From NCBI RefSeq assembly GCF_001194135.2, contig NC_068988.1, positions 33,394,560 through 33,458,559 on the forward strand: a stretch of DNA of 64,000 nucleotides. The letters run 5' to 3'. The notes under the pieces were generated by a model that saw only the letters and a list, made by a program, of their open reading frames with translations, was not told the origin of the DNA and searched no databases. Origin of the DNA: Octopus bimaculoides. Its lineage: Eukaryota. Shown here one piece after another: positions 11,286-25,769 of the stretch. A program made the translations under genes and the position numbers. The first letter of the stretch is position 1. Each line of letters opens with the position of its first letter.

Positions 11286-14200
11286 ATATTTCTTCTTTAT
11301 CAAACAGTCTGCCAAATTAACGACAGCTCGCTTTGTGTACGCCAATCACGCTTTTTAGACAACGAAAATAATAAGAATGTCCTACATCATTATCAAGCAT
11401 ATCGTGTCTTAGGTGGCAAAAATATAGCAGTAATTTTGTTTGGTTCATGTATTATATAGTTGAGCATTTGGAGATTTTGTTTGTCCGCGTAGTTTCTTTT
11501 CCATGGGATATGCTTCATTTATGAATGTGTAATGCAATTCAATTTACAAAGCATGTGCCATTTAGCATATATATGTAGGTTTCTTTAAGATGCCCTGTCA
11601 GTCCCAATAATTTACAAATTCGATATGAATATTACGTACATGTATTTAAAAGGTAACCTTATAAATTAATTCCGCTCTGTAATGAGACATTTACTTGATC
11701 ATCGCACTCCAAAGTACAGCAGCTTCGAATTCTTTCATTTGCTATATCATCGTCAAGCCTTACCAACACATTTCTGCTACTGTACGAAGGAAGCGTTGCT
11801 TATTTGCACTAATTTTACACACGCGCACATGTTAACTTAAACATTTATGTATATACATGCGTGTGTATGTGTGTCATTTTCTGTTTGTCCGTGGATATAG
11901 AGATGTTAGCATACGTTTATAGCAATTGTATATATTCATATGTGTATTTATAAACCTTGTCACACACAAAAATGTATCTTTTGTATAAACGCTTACTTAC
12001 ATGTTCAGCATTCAAATGGAATTTCATTCGTGTCGGTTGTGCTTGCCGTCCTGCGTATCAGCTTTTTACGATAAATGTCGGGGGCAAAGAACAAGAATTG
12101 ATATTACACCGTCCAATGACAGGTAAATCGTTTTGCAAATATTGGTGCTGTTGTAACAGTACCACTAGGGATGCATTGTTGTTTTTTTCATTTCTAACTT
12201 CTTTTTTTTTGATCCTTCAAATAACATGAATTTCGTACGTGTATCAAAATAGATCTTCTGCTTCTCCTTACGGATCCTATGACTTTTCCTATGCACCATC
12301 GTTGGGGCAAGGCAACCGCTTTGTCCTGTTATTTTCGATGTACACTAGGACTTCTATATCAGTTTAATTTCCAACAGATCACATGTTATTCCTCACCACC
12401 TGGCGCATCTTTCGTGGTGAATGAAGAACTACAATGTTGAGGACATCATAAGAACCTATACAACTCAGAACTTTGAGATTTGCCATCAAATTGTGTCAAT
12501 TTTAATATTTCAGGAGCCGTGCGGGGGTGGGGTTTTCGAGACCCATCAATCGATATGTCCTTGGAGAAAAGAACGTTCTTCTGCACTAGAAATTTCTACT
12601 ACCTGAAAATCATAGCCCTCTGTATGTAATGCATACATAAGTCAATTTCATATTCTCTTGTTCTCGAATTAAAAATTACATTAGCAAAAAGCAAGGATCT
12701 TTGTCACAAAACACCTGCTTACAACGTTTACAAATCATCTGCTCACAGCGTCTAGGATGGCGGTAACATTTGGAAACTAATTGTTCTTTCACGAGCACAT
12801 GTGAAAAGTAAATTTTTCCAATTGAATCCTGATAATACTTCGGAAACCAATTTCCAGATAACGTTGAAGTTGATGATATTAAAAGGCTGGAGAGAGACTA
12901 GACGATCGATATTTTCCGAATACCATGACACAGAAGAAGAACCACTGAATACTTTGTCATCAAGTAAACTAGCTATTATTAACCGTCTGGCGGAATAAAT
13001 TTGTTTCCTATATTATCAACTCCGGATATTTTTAATCCATATATGATGCAGATGTAATTCGGGCTAAATTTGTGAAAAGTGATATATGTGATTTTCTAAC
13101 ATGTTATCAATGAACGTTGTATTCCAAGGACTGTTTCGACATTAACCAACATATTTTCACTGCTATTTACTATAGTATATGGCAGACAAGGAAAAACTGA
13201 CTCAGGTTTAACCATTAGTGGCATCTCATGTGCATTAAAGAAAACATATCATTTGATCAGCCACTATGTAATATCTATGTGTGACTTCTTTGGCAGTATA
13301 ATAATGTGTTTAGGAAAGATAGTATTGTGAAAGATAGTAAAGTGATCCCACTTGTACACAGTTAGTTTTGGATCCCATCACATGCACTTTTAGGGTCTTG
13401 AACTCTACTATGACATTGTAATCATTTGGAAGTTGGTGCAGATCAACAGAAAATTAAATGAGGTCAAGTATTTGAGTGGTGCATTTTTTTAAAACGTGGA
13501 AGTATCAAATCCAAGTATGATAACAGAATACTGCGATGCCTTTCGTCCGTCACTCTACAGATTCTTCCAAAATCACGGCATTGGTAAAATTTAAAATGTG
13601 AATATCATTAGTTTCGGTTAGTTCATATGCATTAGCTTGTACGCGAATCTGAAGTTTCAAAAATATTCGTTCTATTTGTGAACATTGTTAAAAAAAGAAA
13701 ATTGTCGCCTGACTTAAATATTTATCCATTCTGTGTTCACTACAATTATTAGGCTTTTATATTGACTTAGTGTTACCATTTAATGAGTGATGTAAAAATA
13801 TATATAAAAAATGCTTATTTTATGTCAAGAAAAGTAGAGATGCGATTAAATTGCGTTACATTAGCGTGTGAATGATGTTTTATATATTCATGGAGAGAAA
13901 GAAGGTATTTATATGAGCGCAATGGCATACGTTTGAGGGTGAAGAATAAAATTTCCGATGTAGTTACTTTTAGACGACTAAGAACTTTCGTGAATAATTG
14001 AATTACTGACCATTACGAAAAACAAGTTACAAGTTTGCTTTACCATATTATTAGCAATTGTGATGAAAAGCTGTAAATGGGTCTCCACTGAACGAATAAA
14101 TGCAGCATACAAGTAACTGAATAATGGACAGTACATATCCATATATTAGTGCCCCAGGGCTGTTTATTTCTCTGGTTTATACTGTATTAGTTATTATAGA

Positions 14201-14504
14201 TATATTTTTTAAAATCTCTCTCAAGTTTTCGTAAAAACAATCGGCAAAAAACCCGCTTATATTCTAAGGAATTTCTCCGATGAAATTATTAATCCGTCTC
14301 CAAGTTTAACACTACCAATTTACCTTGGAAACCTGTTTTCATCAATTCTATAATCTTTCGAATCAGGTCTCCCGCGTCGGGATAAATCTATAATCCATGT
14401 CTATTCTCTCGATTTTCCCTACCAATTACATATTATAAATATTTGCGAAGTCTGTCTTTCCTTCTGTGGTTAAGTTATAAAAGTGTAAATACTGCTTTTA
14501 AAAT

Positions 14505-14690
14505 ATTTGTTGTTGTTAGCTGCATCTCGTGTTTCCGAGCTTGCAATCCAGTTAATTGTCCTGTGTGTTTAAACCGCAGATGGCTCCGCAATCCAAGGGT
14601 TGCATGAAACATACGGAGACATTGTGGACAAGGGATAGAAGGGCCTGGTTTGGGAAGAAGGCGCTGCTTACTTTCTTTTAAAGTATGAAG
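14505..14690 (-). mobile_element. RTE-clade LINE extreme 3' end (C-terminal zinc finger plus AAC tail)
   Basis: KQRLLPKPGPSIPCPQCLRMFHATLGLRSHLRFKH is the CxxC...GL.SHLR.H finger typical of RTE ORF termini. It is followed by a short UTR ending in aacaacaacaa. Confidence 0.75.
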
Positions 14691-14974
14691 GTCTATTAAA
14701 AGGATATTCATAAACTTAATTAAAGATATAACAAGGTTCCAAATTTTGGCGCAGAGTCAGCAGTTCTTTTATTTTTATTTGTTTTTGTTTTTTCTTTAGA
14801 GGAGGAGAGTTTGATTACATCGACTTTTATTTCATTTCTCGACACCGAAAATATGAATGGCATTTGAGCTCAAAAGTTAAAGGCAGACGCTGCTATGGAT
14901 TTTGTCCGGCGAGGTTCTACTACCTCACCGCCTTAGTTGAAAGTATATTTATCGTATTTTTTTCCTTTTGGCCG

Positions 14975-15754
14975 GCACATTTAAAAAACATTTTTTTGTA
15001 ACTAAACACTTTAAAAATTCGTATGCTGGTAGAATGTTTCACATAAAACATCATTTATCCTTGGCATTTTTGAGAAAATTGTGCATTTTCGAAGTTATTT
15101 CGTGTTAAAGTTGTCGTATTTCGTAATTTCAACCAATCAATGACGTCTAATGAAGTGAAAACAATTACTGCTGTTGTTTGTCAAAAACAACTTCCGGCGG
15201 GGTGTATTTCGTTTTTCACTGTTATTTATGACATATTTCATCTCAGTTACGTTTGTATGAATAAACGAGTGTATCTGAAGCATGTTTACTTCATGGCGCC
15301 ACCAAAATCGTTCGTGCATTTCTACTGCTTTTAGTTCTTTTTCCTGTTTTTCAGTTAGTATTTTCGGAAAGACATGTTTGCCCCCTCCAATTTCTTCATT
15401 TTTCATATTTTTCCGTAACTCTAACGCTAAACACCCAACCCTAACCCTAACCCTAAAACCCTAAAGCTAAAACCAGTACAAATGCACGATCAATGTCATA
15501 AGTATCAGTGACAAACGAAATATACACCGCCGATAGTTATTGTTGACAAACAACGGCAGTAATTTTTTTCAGCTGAATACACGTCATTGATAGGTTGAAA
15601 TTACCGAAATACGACAACTTTAACACGAACTAACTTTAAGAAATATAAACTTTTCGCAACAACACTAAGAGTAAAAGATGTTTTATATGACAAATTCTAC
15701 TAGTGCCCAAAGTTTGAAAGTGTTTAGTTACAAAAAGTTAATTTCTCTATGTGC
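14975..15754. mobile_element. Non-coding foldback/MITE with about 260-bp terminal inverted repeats and internal (CCCTAA)n
   Basis: 14975-15234 aligns with the reverse complement of 15493-15754, with shared blocks tttttgtaactaaacacttt, ttcgtgttaaagttgtcgtatttcg and tcaatgacgt. The core contains ccctaaccctaaccctaa at 15439-15456. No TSD found. Confidence 0.88.
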
Positions 15755-16739
15755 TATTCAAAGGGCAAAAAGATCCTATTAACCTTATCTATTATAAGGG
15801 AATAAGTTCTCAAATTTCAAAGACGTTGTAAGCCGATTACATCGACTTCACTGTTGAGCTGCTACTTATTTCATCGACACCGAAAGCATCTCTATTCCGC
15901 AGATGCCTAGACTTCGGCGGAATCGATATGTTTCTGTTTAAATTATACCTCATAAATGATCTAATGCATTACACTCGTGTTTGCATTTTTTTTATGTGTA
16001 CATTGAGTTACGCTATCCAGTGTATCCTTGATTTATTAGTTCGATTTCAAGTATATTTCAATATTGTTTCTCAACATATTTCGCGACAACGTAGAGGTGA
16101 ATGTGATACTTTCTACAGAAAAGAAAATTACGAGTTTGTGTTGAAAAATAATGTTTATTATAGTTTACAAAGTCTGTTGAGAGAAACGATTTAACACACA
16201 TAGACAGAATCATAAAATTCAAAAGAGTTTACTTGAATTCTATTGCTGATGGCAACTCCAAATTTCGATCTAGAAAAATAAATGAGAAACCATGCTAGAG
16301 CTTATTTTCTATCATTTATAAAATACAATTGCTTTATTTACATTATTCCTTGAATCCATCATACTAGCGGATATAATTACAAACAAATTTACCGTATAAT
16401 TATTGGAAGTATGTACGCATCTGTGTGCGAACACACGAAGGCAATATTATATCTTAAATCTCCTACTTAAAATAAAGATGCCATATCAGTTGAGTGATAC
16501 AGAAAATAGCTATTGTAGTCTTTCGCTTAAGTAGCACACAACTTTGAAACTAGTTTCGAAGACGCGATAAAATCTGAAATCATATGTTGCTTAGTGCATC
16601 ATTCTGAAATGCTCAGAAGCAACAAGCAATCACATCGACACACAAAAGTACGTGAGTATATACATACATATATGCATGTATGTGTGTGTGTGTTTGTGTG
16701 TGTGTGTAGGCGGTGGGTAAAGAAATGTATAGACACTTC

Positions 16740-17640
16740 AACAGCTGATTGTTTGTTTAGTTTTCAATTCTTAGATTTAAATCATTGGAAAGAATGGATT
16801 GAGTCAAACGAAGATTTGAACAAAGATTTGAACAAAATGCGGTCGGAGTGCACAAATTGCTTAGAACGGATTATCAAACAGATCCGCCTGCGCGATTTAC
16901 CATCACTTGAATTAGTAAAAAGTTTGAAGCAGATTCAACAGTTCAGAATGTCCGTAGATAGCCACATACATCACAAAGTATTGCTAGGTATCAAGAAAAT
17001 GAGATCTGAATTTAAAAATCAATCAATCATCGCATTTTGAAGCGATGTCTTTGGAAAAGTTATATTCAAAGACAAGTTCATCCTGACAGGAGCGTGGAGG
17101 AGTTTTGAGAGTGATACTTGCCATGAAGTGTCGAAGATGCAAACTTTCTAGCATCGATGTTTTGGGGAGATGAGACTACATTTATATTAAATGAATCAAC
17201 TAAGATCCACATGTTCACAATATGGAGATCTGAGAATCCGTGCATAACGGATCAACATTATTTTGATTAACCAGTTTCAGTGCGGTCCGCTTTAACATCA
17301 AAAAAGAATAGCCGAGCGATTGTTGCTTGACAGCACTGTCACACGTTACTATTACTTGATCTTACTGCGATAGTCAGTCATGCCAAGCATTCAAGAGAAT
17401 TTGAAGCTGTGGAGTTTTATTTCTCGCAAGATGGAGAACTGCGACATTGCCGTAGTAATGTACTACTGATGAGATTTTGCCAGCCAGGTGGACTTGACAA
17501 AAAGTTCAATAGAATAACCTCTGCGCTATCAGAACCGCACATCACCACACGATTTTATGCTTAAACTTAAGACATTGTTTACAGTGCAAAACAACACCAA
17601 CATTCGGCGTATCACGAGCATCCGCTGAACGAAAATATAC
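16740..17640 (+). mobile_element. Tc1/mariner (Tc3-like) transposase pseudogene
   Basis: Frames give KFEADSTVQNVRR, HRILKRCLWKSYIQRQVHPDR, FWGDETTFILNE...IWRSENP and FYFSQDGELRH, which are degraded forms of the KFE.TG.V, FSDE..F.LNG..W..ENP and FQQDGAP.H motifs. Many stops and frameshifts. Confidence 0.8.
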
Positions 17641-18059
17641 ACAAATATTGCAAGGAATGTTCTTTGATGTTTATGATTTCACGGCTTTGAGTTATCAGTA
17701 GAGCGTTGACCTGAACTGTCGTTATTTTGAACACAGACGTGCATAACAATATATTATTCTGTCTAGAGATTCCGTTACATTTTAAAAAGGGAAATATCTT
17801 TTAAATTAACAATGACATTTATATACACGCTGTCTATATAAACATATAAATATACAGCTGCATACAACCAAAAACTCAAGGCACACAGTCATAAGCATAT
17901 GCAGTGGAGAATAATATTCAACCACTTTATGTGTATACAGTTCCTAATTTTCCTGTTGAAACTTTGTTGTGTAAGTGGTGTAGTAAAAATAATGCTGGAA
18001 TTACATTTCAGTTTCATCGGAAAACAGTGATATTCTCGAAATCGGAAAGTGTGTGGGTG

Positions 18060-18482
18060 CGAGTGCGTACATGTGTGTGTGTGCGTGTGTGCACGATCGT
18101 GCGTGTGAGTGTGTGCGTCTTTTTACTATCTTAATAAAAAAATATTGCCAAACATGACATCCAGTGTGTGTTTGTATGTATACATATCTATTTATCTATC
18201 TATATTCATATCCATCTATATTCATATCTATCTATGTATCTATCTAACTATCTATCTATCTGTATGTCTGTCTGTCTGTCTATCTATATATTTATATCAA
18301 AATCTCTATCTATATATATATATATACGTGTGTGTGTGTATGTGTGTGTATGTGTGTGTATGTGTGTGTGTGTGAGTGTATGTGTATGTGCGTGTGTATC
18401 TGTGTGTATGCGTCTGTGTGTGCGTAGATTTCCACGATTGTATATGATTGATTATATTATATATATATATATATATATATAT
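18060..18482. repeat. Compound (TG)n/(TATC)n/(TA)n microsatellite block
   Basis: Directly visible; ends at an N-gap. Confidence 0.95.
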
Positions 18483-21400
18483 NNNNNNNNNNNNNNNNNN
18501 NNNNNNNNNNNNNNNNNNNNNNNNNNNNNNNNNNNNNNNNNNNNNNNNNNNNNNNNNNNNNNNNNNNNNNNNNNNNNNNNNNNNNNNNNNNNNNNNNNNN
18601 NNNNNNNNNNNNNNNNNNNNNNNNNNNNNNNNNNNNNNNNNNNNNNNNNNNNNNNNNNNNNNNNNNNNNNNNNNNNNNNNNNNNNNNNNNNNNNNNNNNN
18701 NNNNNNNNNNNNNNNNNNNNNNNNNNNNNNNNNNNNNNNNNNNNNNNNNNNNNNNNNNNNNNNNNNNNNNNNNNNNNNNNNNNNNNNNNNNNNNNNNNNN
18801 NNNNNNNNNNNNNNNNNNNNNNNNNNNNNNNNNNNNNNNNNNNNNNNNNNNNNNNNNNNNNNNNNNNNNNNNNNNNNNNNNNNNNNNNNNNNNNNNNNNN
18901 NNNNNNNNNNNNNNNNNNNNNNNNNNNNNNNNNNNNNNNNNNNNNNNNNNNNNNNNNNNNNNNNNNNNNNNNNNNNNNNNNNNNNNNNNNNNNNNNNNNN
19001 NNNNNNNNNNNNNNNNNNNNNNNNNNNNNNNNNNNNNNNNNNNNNNNNNNNNNNNNNNNNNNNNNNNNNNNNNNNNNNNNNNNNNNNNNNNNNNNNNNNN
19101 NNNNNNNNNNNNNNNNNNNNNNNNNNNNNNNNNNNNNNNNNNNNNNNNNNNNNNNNNNNNNNNNNNNNNNNTATATATATATATATATATATATTGCGCC
19201 TAGGCATTCTGAATCCAACTACCTATACTTCAGAACAATGTGTTAAATAAGGAGAAATCGGAAGTGAGAAAAGAGATGACACAGGAATAACAGCGGTTTT
19301 GTTACCAATTTCGTTAAATTACAGCTGTTTCTGCAATAAGATACAGTGCACGTAACTAATAGTGTACTACATTATGCACTCTGTCATTGTGTTTTATTAA
19401 ATACATTATAGTAGTTAGAGCATAAAGAAAGGTCATTCGGCCAAGGCAAAATTCAAACCTGACGCGCTTAACCGACCCGTAAACGAAATGTATTTTACAT
19501 GATAAGTCCTTGAGGAGGAATACTATAAGATATGGGAAAGAGAGCAGGGAAGTGGGTAATGTGAGAATGGTGAGAAGAAGAGATGAAAGCAAGCGCCGCT
19601 GTTGGTCTCATTTTTCACTATACTGAATTTATATCAATTAAAGAAGACAGGAATAAACAAGCAGGGAATCAATGGAATAGTGATGTGGGTAGCATAGGAA
19701 GAAAAAATGTTGACCTAGGAAAACATAGGAGACTAGAGAAGGAGCAGACTTTAAATCAATTAGGGTAGAAATGCTGAGATAGGAAGAAATGTGCAAGGAG
19801 AATAGAGAAAATTTAAGAAAGAGAAATAGAAGACAATGATGCAAGCATAGCTAAGTATTAAGTAAGGGTTTAAACGTAATTAAGAGGGACGATAAAGACT
19901 TTACAAAATGGGAAAATGTGGAAGAAAATGTGTGCGTACATGAGAAGAATGCATCAGAGAACAACTGTCTAAAGAGGAGTTATGATGGTGAAGGATATGT
20001 AAACTAATTTCTTATCCAAGAAACGTATCGGTAATTTTAGACATGCTCTTAGAGTTATCATCAACCTCAACTTTCGGTTTTCTTTTCCTCTCTTTCTCTC
20101 TAGCTAACTGTCATACCTAATTGTTGATTTACCGTTTGCTTAGTGACAAATCAAAAGTAGATCTTTCTATCCCCATACTGATCTTGATTAACCGTCTTCC
20201 TTCCACCTCTTCTACCTTTGTTCATTTCCCCACTGTTATAGATTTTCGACCTCCCTTCATCTTGTCCTTTTTTGTTTCCCATTATTTCTACCACGTATTC
20301 CTAAGGTATTCATATCGTCCCTCTCCCTGACTTTTGCTCCTATTCTTCCTCTTGCACTCGTACATGAACTACGTTTGCCAATTTTTCTCTTGACGAAATG
20401 AGCAAGAGGTATAATATCTCTAGTGAGTATTTACTTGTTTGATACCCAAAATTGTTTGCACATTCTATCAGATAATTATGAATATTTTGATTATAACGTT
20501 ATTTCGAACTTCCTGAAACGGCTGTTATATTATCTTCTTAGTCTTCTTGATTTTAATTGCTTTATGTATATATATTCAGAATGTATGCACTGTATGTGCT
20601 GTAGGCCTTTATTTTCTTTAAACAAGTAAAACATTCCCACTCAAATATATTTGTTAACCAGATAATATGCTATAGATTTATTTACTCGACTCTCTGTGAA
20701 TAGAGATTGAACCCTGAGCCAGACGGCTCTGGAGCATTATGTTCATGCAGACATAGATATGAGTGCCCTAATTCTTTCAGTGTATTTTCTCACTGACAAT
20801 AATTGATACTATGCACAGTCATATATACAGCATTTATATATAAATATCAAGAAAAGTGAAGTGGATTTAATTACCGTCTAGCTGTTTAGTTGTTAGTAAA
20901 TGACTGCAACAAATGTTAGCTTGCGGTTGTTTGGGTAAAATTACTTTCAACTGAAAAGTCAGCTAAAAAGCGTAAATTGCTTTAATTTTTTTCTTTCTCT
21001 ATTTTTTTTTTTTTTTGCATATTACCGATCCGCAATTAAGACTCACATCTGTTTTATCTTTAGCAATGCAAAGCGGCGTCACGACATCGCATCATGTATG
21101 CACTGGTGTAGAATAACATTTTTGTTTTCTGCCTTTTTAGCTCAATTAAGAGAATGTAAAAGATTGTACAGATAGTACACAGTAAAGAAAAATTATAGAT
21201 AAAAAAAATAATATTGATTTACTTTTAATAGGCACTTGGCCAATTTTCATATGTGCTGCATATAGTTGATAAAAGAATCGATTCTCAGCAAATTACAGCT
21301 ACATTTTGCATAGGCCTCGGAGGAATAAGTAGCAAATTCAACACCAGCAAACACTGGAATCAAAACAGTAAGGTTTTGAGATTCAATATATATATATATT

Positions 21401-21659
21401 TCAACCGAATTCATGTTCTGAATGACATGTAAAAACATGAACATACCAACGTAATATTGTGCGAAATTAAACGTTCTTATTTAATTTACGATAGTCACCG
21501 TATCTATAAGTAAAATTGTGGAAATGATTGACGATTTGTGTACGTATATGCATACTTACATACTCACATGCATCTCCTTTATCAACGCTTTTCGGCTCGC
21601 TTTTCGGAGAAACAACAATACAGAAAAATACTATTGCTGAAGCTACTTATTGACACAAT

Positions 21660-22200
21660 GTTTCTAAATCCAGTGCCTCTCAGAGGCTTGGAAGTCACGA
21701 CAAATATGTTATCAATCTACAAGAATGTTATCAATCCTGCTAAATCTGTTGTGCTGATAATACCACACGTTATTCTGGTTTACCTTATCATCCCTCTCCC
21801 TTGAAACAGTTGGAATTTGGTTCTAATCTTGATATAAATCTGCAGGCTAATACGACATTCGTTGAGAAGTGATTTGTAACATTCAACCCTGACAAGACCA
21901 TACTCATATATTTTAGTAGTAACCGGGATCCCTCACTTTCTCCCATTCAAATGTTTTATGGATCCGACACACCATATTTGGAGACGGTTAAACTACTAGA
22001 AGCAGGGTTTTCTTTCATATTGTTTGGTCTTAATTCCTCGTCTGATCTTTCTTGAGATTCCTACATAGTCAGTTTAGTCGGTAATTCTGCCTCCCGTAAT
22101 ATGGTGTCAGTATATAGTTCAAAAGACTATCTGATATACTAGATCATTTTGTATCATTACAAACCCATAATTCGTTTTTGAAGGGAATACTGTCTAATGA
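21660..22200 (+). mobile_element. CR1/Jockey-group LINE RT relic
   Basis: PVPLRG...MLSIYKN, then after a frameshift CADNTTRYS (YADDTT-like), then VTFNPDKT, LGLNSSSDLS*DSYI and ILYHYKPIIR. These follow the order of CR1 RT motifs 4-7 and the thumb. Confidence 0.68.
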
Positions 22201-23714
22201 CTGGAAGAAGTAAGAGATAAAGGATAAAAGATACACCAAATTATAATTCTTGTCATAATTTTGTAAAACCGTGAAACGTTTGCATATATTTTTCTATGCC
22301 TACATTGCGATTTGTGCCGTTGTCTATTTCCAGAAGAACAAATACTCAATTTCTTAATTCAGTTCGAATATATACATATTTAATGAATAATGTATTTCTT
22401 ATTTGTCTCTCCTTGTAACCTATATTTCCTCAAGGAAATATAATCCACGGCAAACTGAAGACACTTCTATCGATAGTATAGTTTTATATGTATGAATCTG
22501 GTCATAATAAGTTGACAGTAACGAAAGTACATAGAATTATTTGTTGAAATTTAGTAATTCAATTCTGTGTTTAAGTTGGCCATAGGAGGGAATCGATCTC
22601 CAAATACATAGCTACTAATTATAGAACTATTCAGATCGATAATCTAATACGATTCTGGTGGTTAAAACTTCAGCAAACTCAGAATTGCAATTTTTACTTG
22701 TTAAAGCTAACAATAAAAATAAATTGGTTTCTTGTCAATAAGGCATAAATTAGTTGTAATGCGGGTGATGAATACAATGAAAATCCTATATTCATGCCTC
22801 GGATTTTATCGGCTGTCCGAGAAAAGAGAAAAGAGCAAACAGTATAAATGAAAGGAAACCTAAAGCGGGTGAATATTATACTGTGAAGCAATTTGTACGA
22901 TACCCTAAAATTTCTACTGTATTATTAGCTTTGATTACAATGGTAAAATTTGACATAGCAAAGGACGGAAGCAAATCAACTTTTGACTGGTACATCATTA
23001 ATCGATATTTGAAAAGCGAAATATAATATAGGGAGTTGCCTATTTGTCTAATGTTCGATTGACTGAAATTATACCGATTTCAAGAATAAGGGACATAAGT
23101 GCAACGCTTGGCAGGAAGCAAATATAATCAATATAGTAAACGTGAGTACTTAGGATTTATGTTAATGACAAGAGAAAGAGTGGTGAAACAATGCCGATAT
23201 TGGGGGGAATGTAACTACGTGAAGAGACTTATGAAATGCATTCAACAAAGTCTAATTGTATATTTTTCAGCAGCCTGACAATTTATGAAGAAAGTCTTGA
23301 TAAGAAAATTGTATCAACAACGTCCTATTACTGGTACTTAAGTACCTAATTATTTGACCCCGGAAAATAAAAAAACTAACGGTCGACATTGGGCGTGTTC
23401 TGAGCGATATTAATAGAAGCGAAAAAATCTTTTAATCTGATGCTCTATTGTTTTTATTACTCCTATACATTCAGTGATTGAGATAATAGTGGCAGAGCTG
23501 ACAGTTCTTTCTATGATTGTATTTGTTTTAACTTCATATTAAACTTTGACCTTTTGATTATTTGCAAATTAGATGCAAATTTTGTCTGTCATAATTATCT
23601 CTAAACCCGATCAGTCGTCCATGATAGTTCATTAATAACGTCAGTATAATTTCAAACAAAATTACAACAAAAATAAACCATGCGCAAACATTAAAACGTA
23701 CGCAGACAACATGT

Positions 23715-23886
23715 TCACACACACAGAGACACACATACACACACAAACACGCAAGTACAGACACATACTGGTGCACACAACAATTTCTTCGATGTGTATG
23801 TATCAAATGTTTCCACATACCAATATACATCTATATGTGTGCATATGTGAATATGTATGCGCGTATGTATGAGTGCATATATATAT

Positions 23887-23917
<31 letters not shown>

Positions 23918-24009
23918 TATCAATAAAGATGCCCACACATAGAGACATACATTTATACATAAGATACATAAACACACACATATAAATACACATACACGCA
24001 CACACGCAG

Positions 24010-24095
<86 letters not shown>
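23715..24095. repeat. Compound (CA)n/(TA)n/(TG)n microsatellite block
   Basis: Directly visible. Confidence 0.93.
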
Positions 24096-24096
<1 letters not shown>

Positions 24097-25099
24097 TGCA
24101 AGAATATAATATTACACTTCATCAATTAATCGATATTTTTCGGCAAATCGAAAGAATTGATCAACCTAACCATTTTGCTTTGGATTTTTAATGCTTTGTA
24201 TTCCTTAAAACCCGTTACATTTTCATCAGTTATGTTTTTATTTAAATATTTTCTTCAATTATTTATTTGTTACTGTTTTCTTTTGTTATTCTCTGTATTA
24301 TTTTATTGTTTATTGCTTTATTGCTTCTCTGTGTTTTATCCGCTCGGTTAACAAGTTGCATTGCGAACTGCTAGAGTCTTACATACACACACACACACAC
24401 AAACGCCAAATAGAAACCTTGTTCAATAATAAAGCAATCAACTAATAATTCCACCGGACTATTGATGTGGGAATATCGCATATACTTCATATCACCGCGC
24501 TTTATAGTCAATATGCTAATTACAGTTTCAGCAACAGCATCCCTGCATTTTGTGTTTTTATTAATGGTCATGTCAGTGTAATCGATATACGTATACATGT
24601 ATACATGTACGCATAAACACACACAGACACACATAAATGCACACACTCGCACACTCGTGCACACATGCGCACGCAAACACGTACTAGGCAGACACACATA
24701 CACATACAGACACATATATACATAATATACATACGTATGTTAATGTGCATAAACTATGACTGTATTATTCGTTCGATTATGGAACTACGTAACGCTTAGC
24801 CACTTTATTCTGATTCTTTCCCCCATATTTGACAAACTGGTATATGCTTAATACCTTGATTGGGAATATTCCCTCATTTTTACATCTTTCTGACTTCTGC
24901 TCTGACGATGGAATTCTCAGCTTATGTGAATCCTTACTCAATATGACGATCCACATGCCTGGCTACTCTAGAAACATGTGTAAGAGGCTCAATACATTTA
25001 TGTTCTCTCTCTCAATGAAAAGGGATTTTTTCAAATGGTTTCAAACATTTTCCTTTACAATTTTTATTTAAAGTATATATATGTATGAATGTACGTATG

Positions 25100-25270
25100 T
25101 ATTGGTCTGAAATTTTGAACAAATCCAGTAAGTTCGGGAAATTAGGTAAGTCGTTTACATCGACTGCAGTGTTCAGCTGGTACTAATTTTGTTGACTCTG
25201 ATAGAATGAAAAGCAATGTCGACCAATGTAGTATTTGAACTGAGAAGATAAAACCCAGTAGAAATGTCGT
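25100..25270 (-). mobile_element. Degenerate family A SINE
   Basis: tacatcgactgcagtgttcagctggtactaattttgttgac...aaagcaatgtcgacc...atttgaactgagaa aligns with 45648-45810. Confidence 0.6.
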
Positions 25271-25769
25271 TAAATGTTCAGTCCATTCTTGGAATAATAG
25301 TAACAATAATAATAATAAAAGTTTATTGCTAAATAGTTTATTGTAAGATCCTCAATTTCTTACGAAAAGAAAGAAAACAAGAAACATCGAAAGATTTACA
25401 TCGAATGATTAAGATTATTTCCAATGAAAATTATATTCTCAAATTTGTAATACTCAAACAAAGTAAGAGAAGAGAAAAAAAAACTTTCACAACACAAACT
25501 ACAAAAAATAATGGGAAATCACATGAAGTGATTCTGGATTCCGCACACAAGCTCGATTTATCCTAACAGTCCAAAATCAAATTCCTCCTTCTAGTTCATG
25601 CCAACAGCCTACAGTGCATAATTTTAATGCGGAATAATTGACGCCAAAGATTTCCGATAGTTTCAAACATTTTCCATTATTTTTTACTTATTACCACATC
25701 TCATTCTATCACCACATCAGTGTAAGTATAACATCAACTGACTTGAAAACTCCGCTCTGTCTTCGGGAA

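Noticed and set aside
12240-12620. Possible RTE 3' relic (IGKVIGSVRRSRR)
   Set aside because: Only one short motif; too degraded to call.
14100-14470. Possible RT relic on the minus strand
   Set aside because: No clear QG or YADD motif could be placed.
19500-20400. Purine-rich then pyrimidine-rich blocks, possibly old CR1 3' ends
   Set aside because: No alignable motif, and the two halves are not demonstrably inverted repeats.
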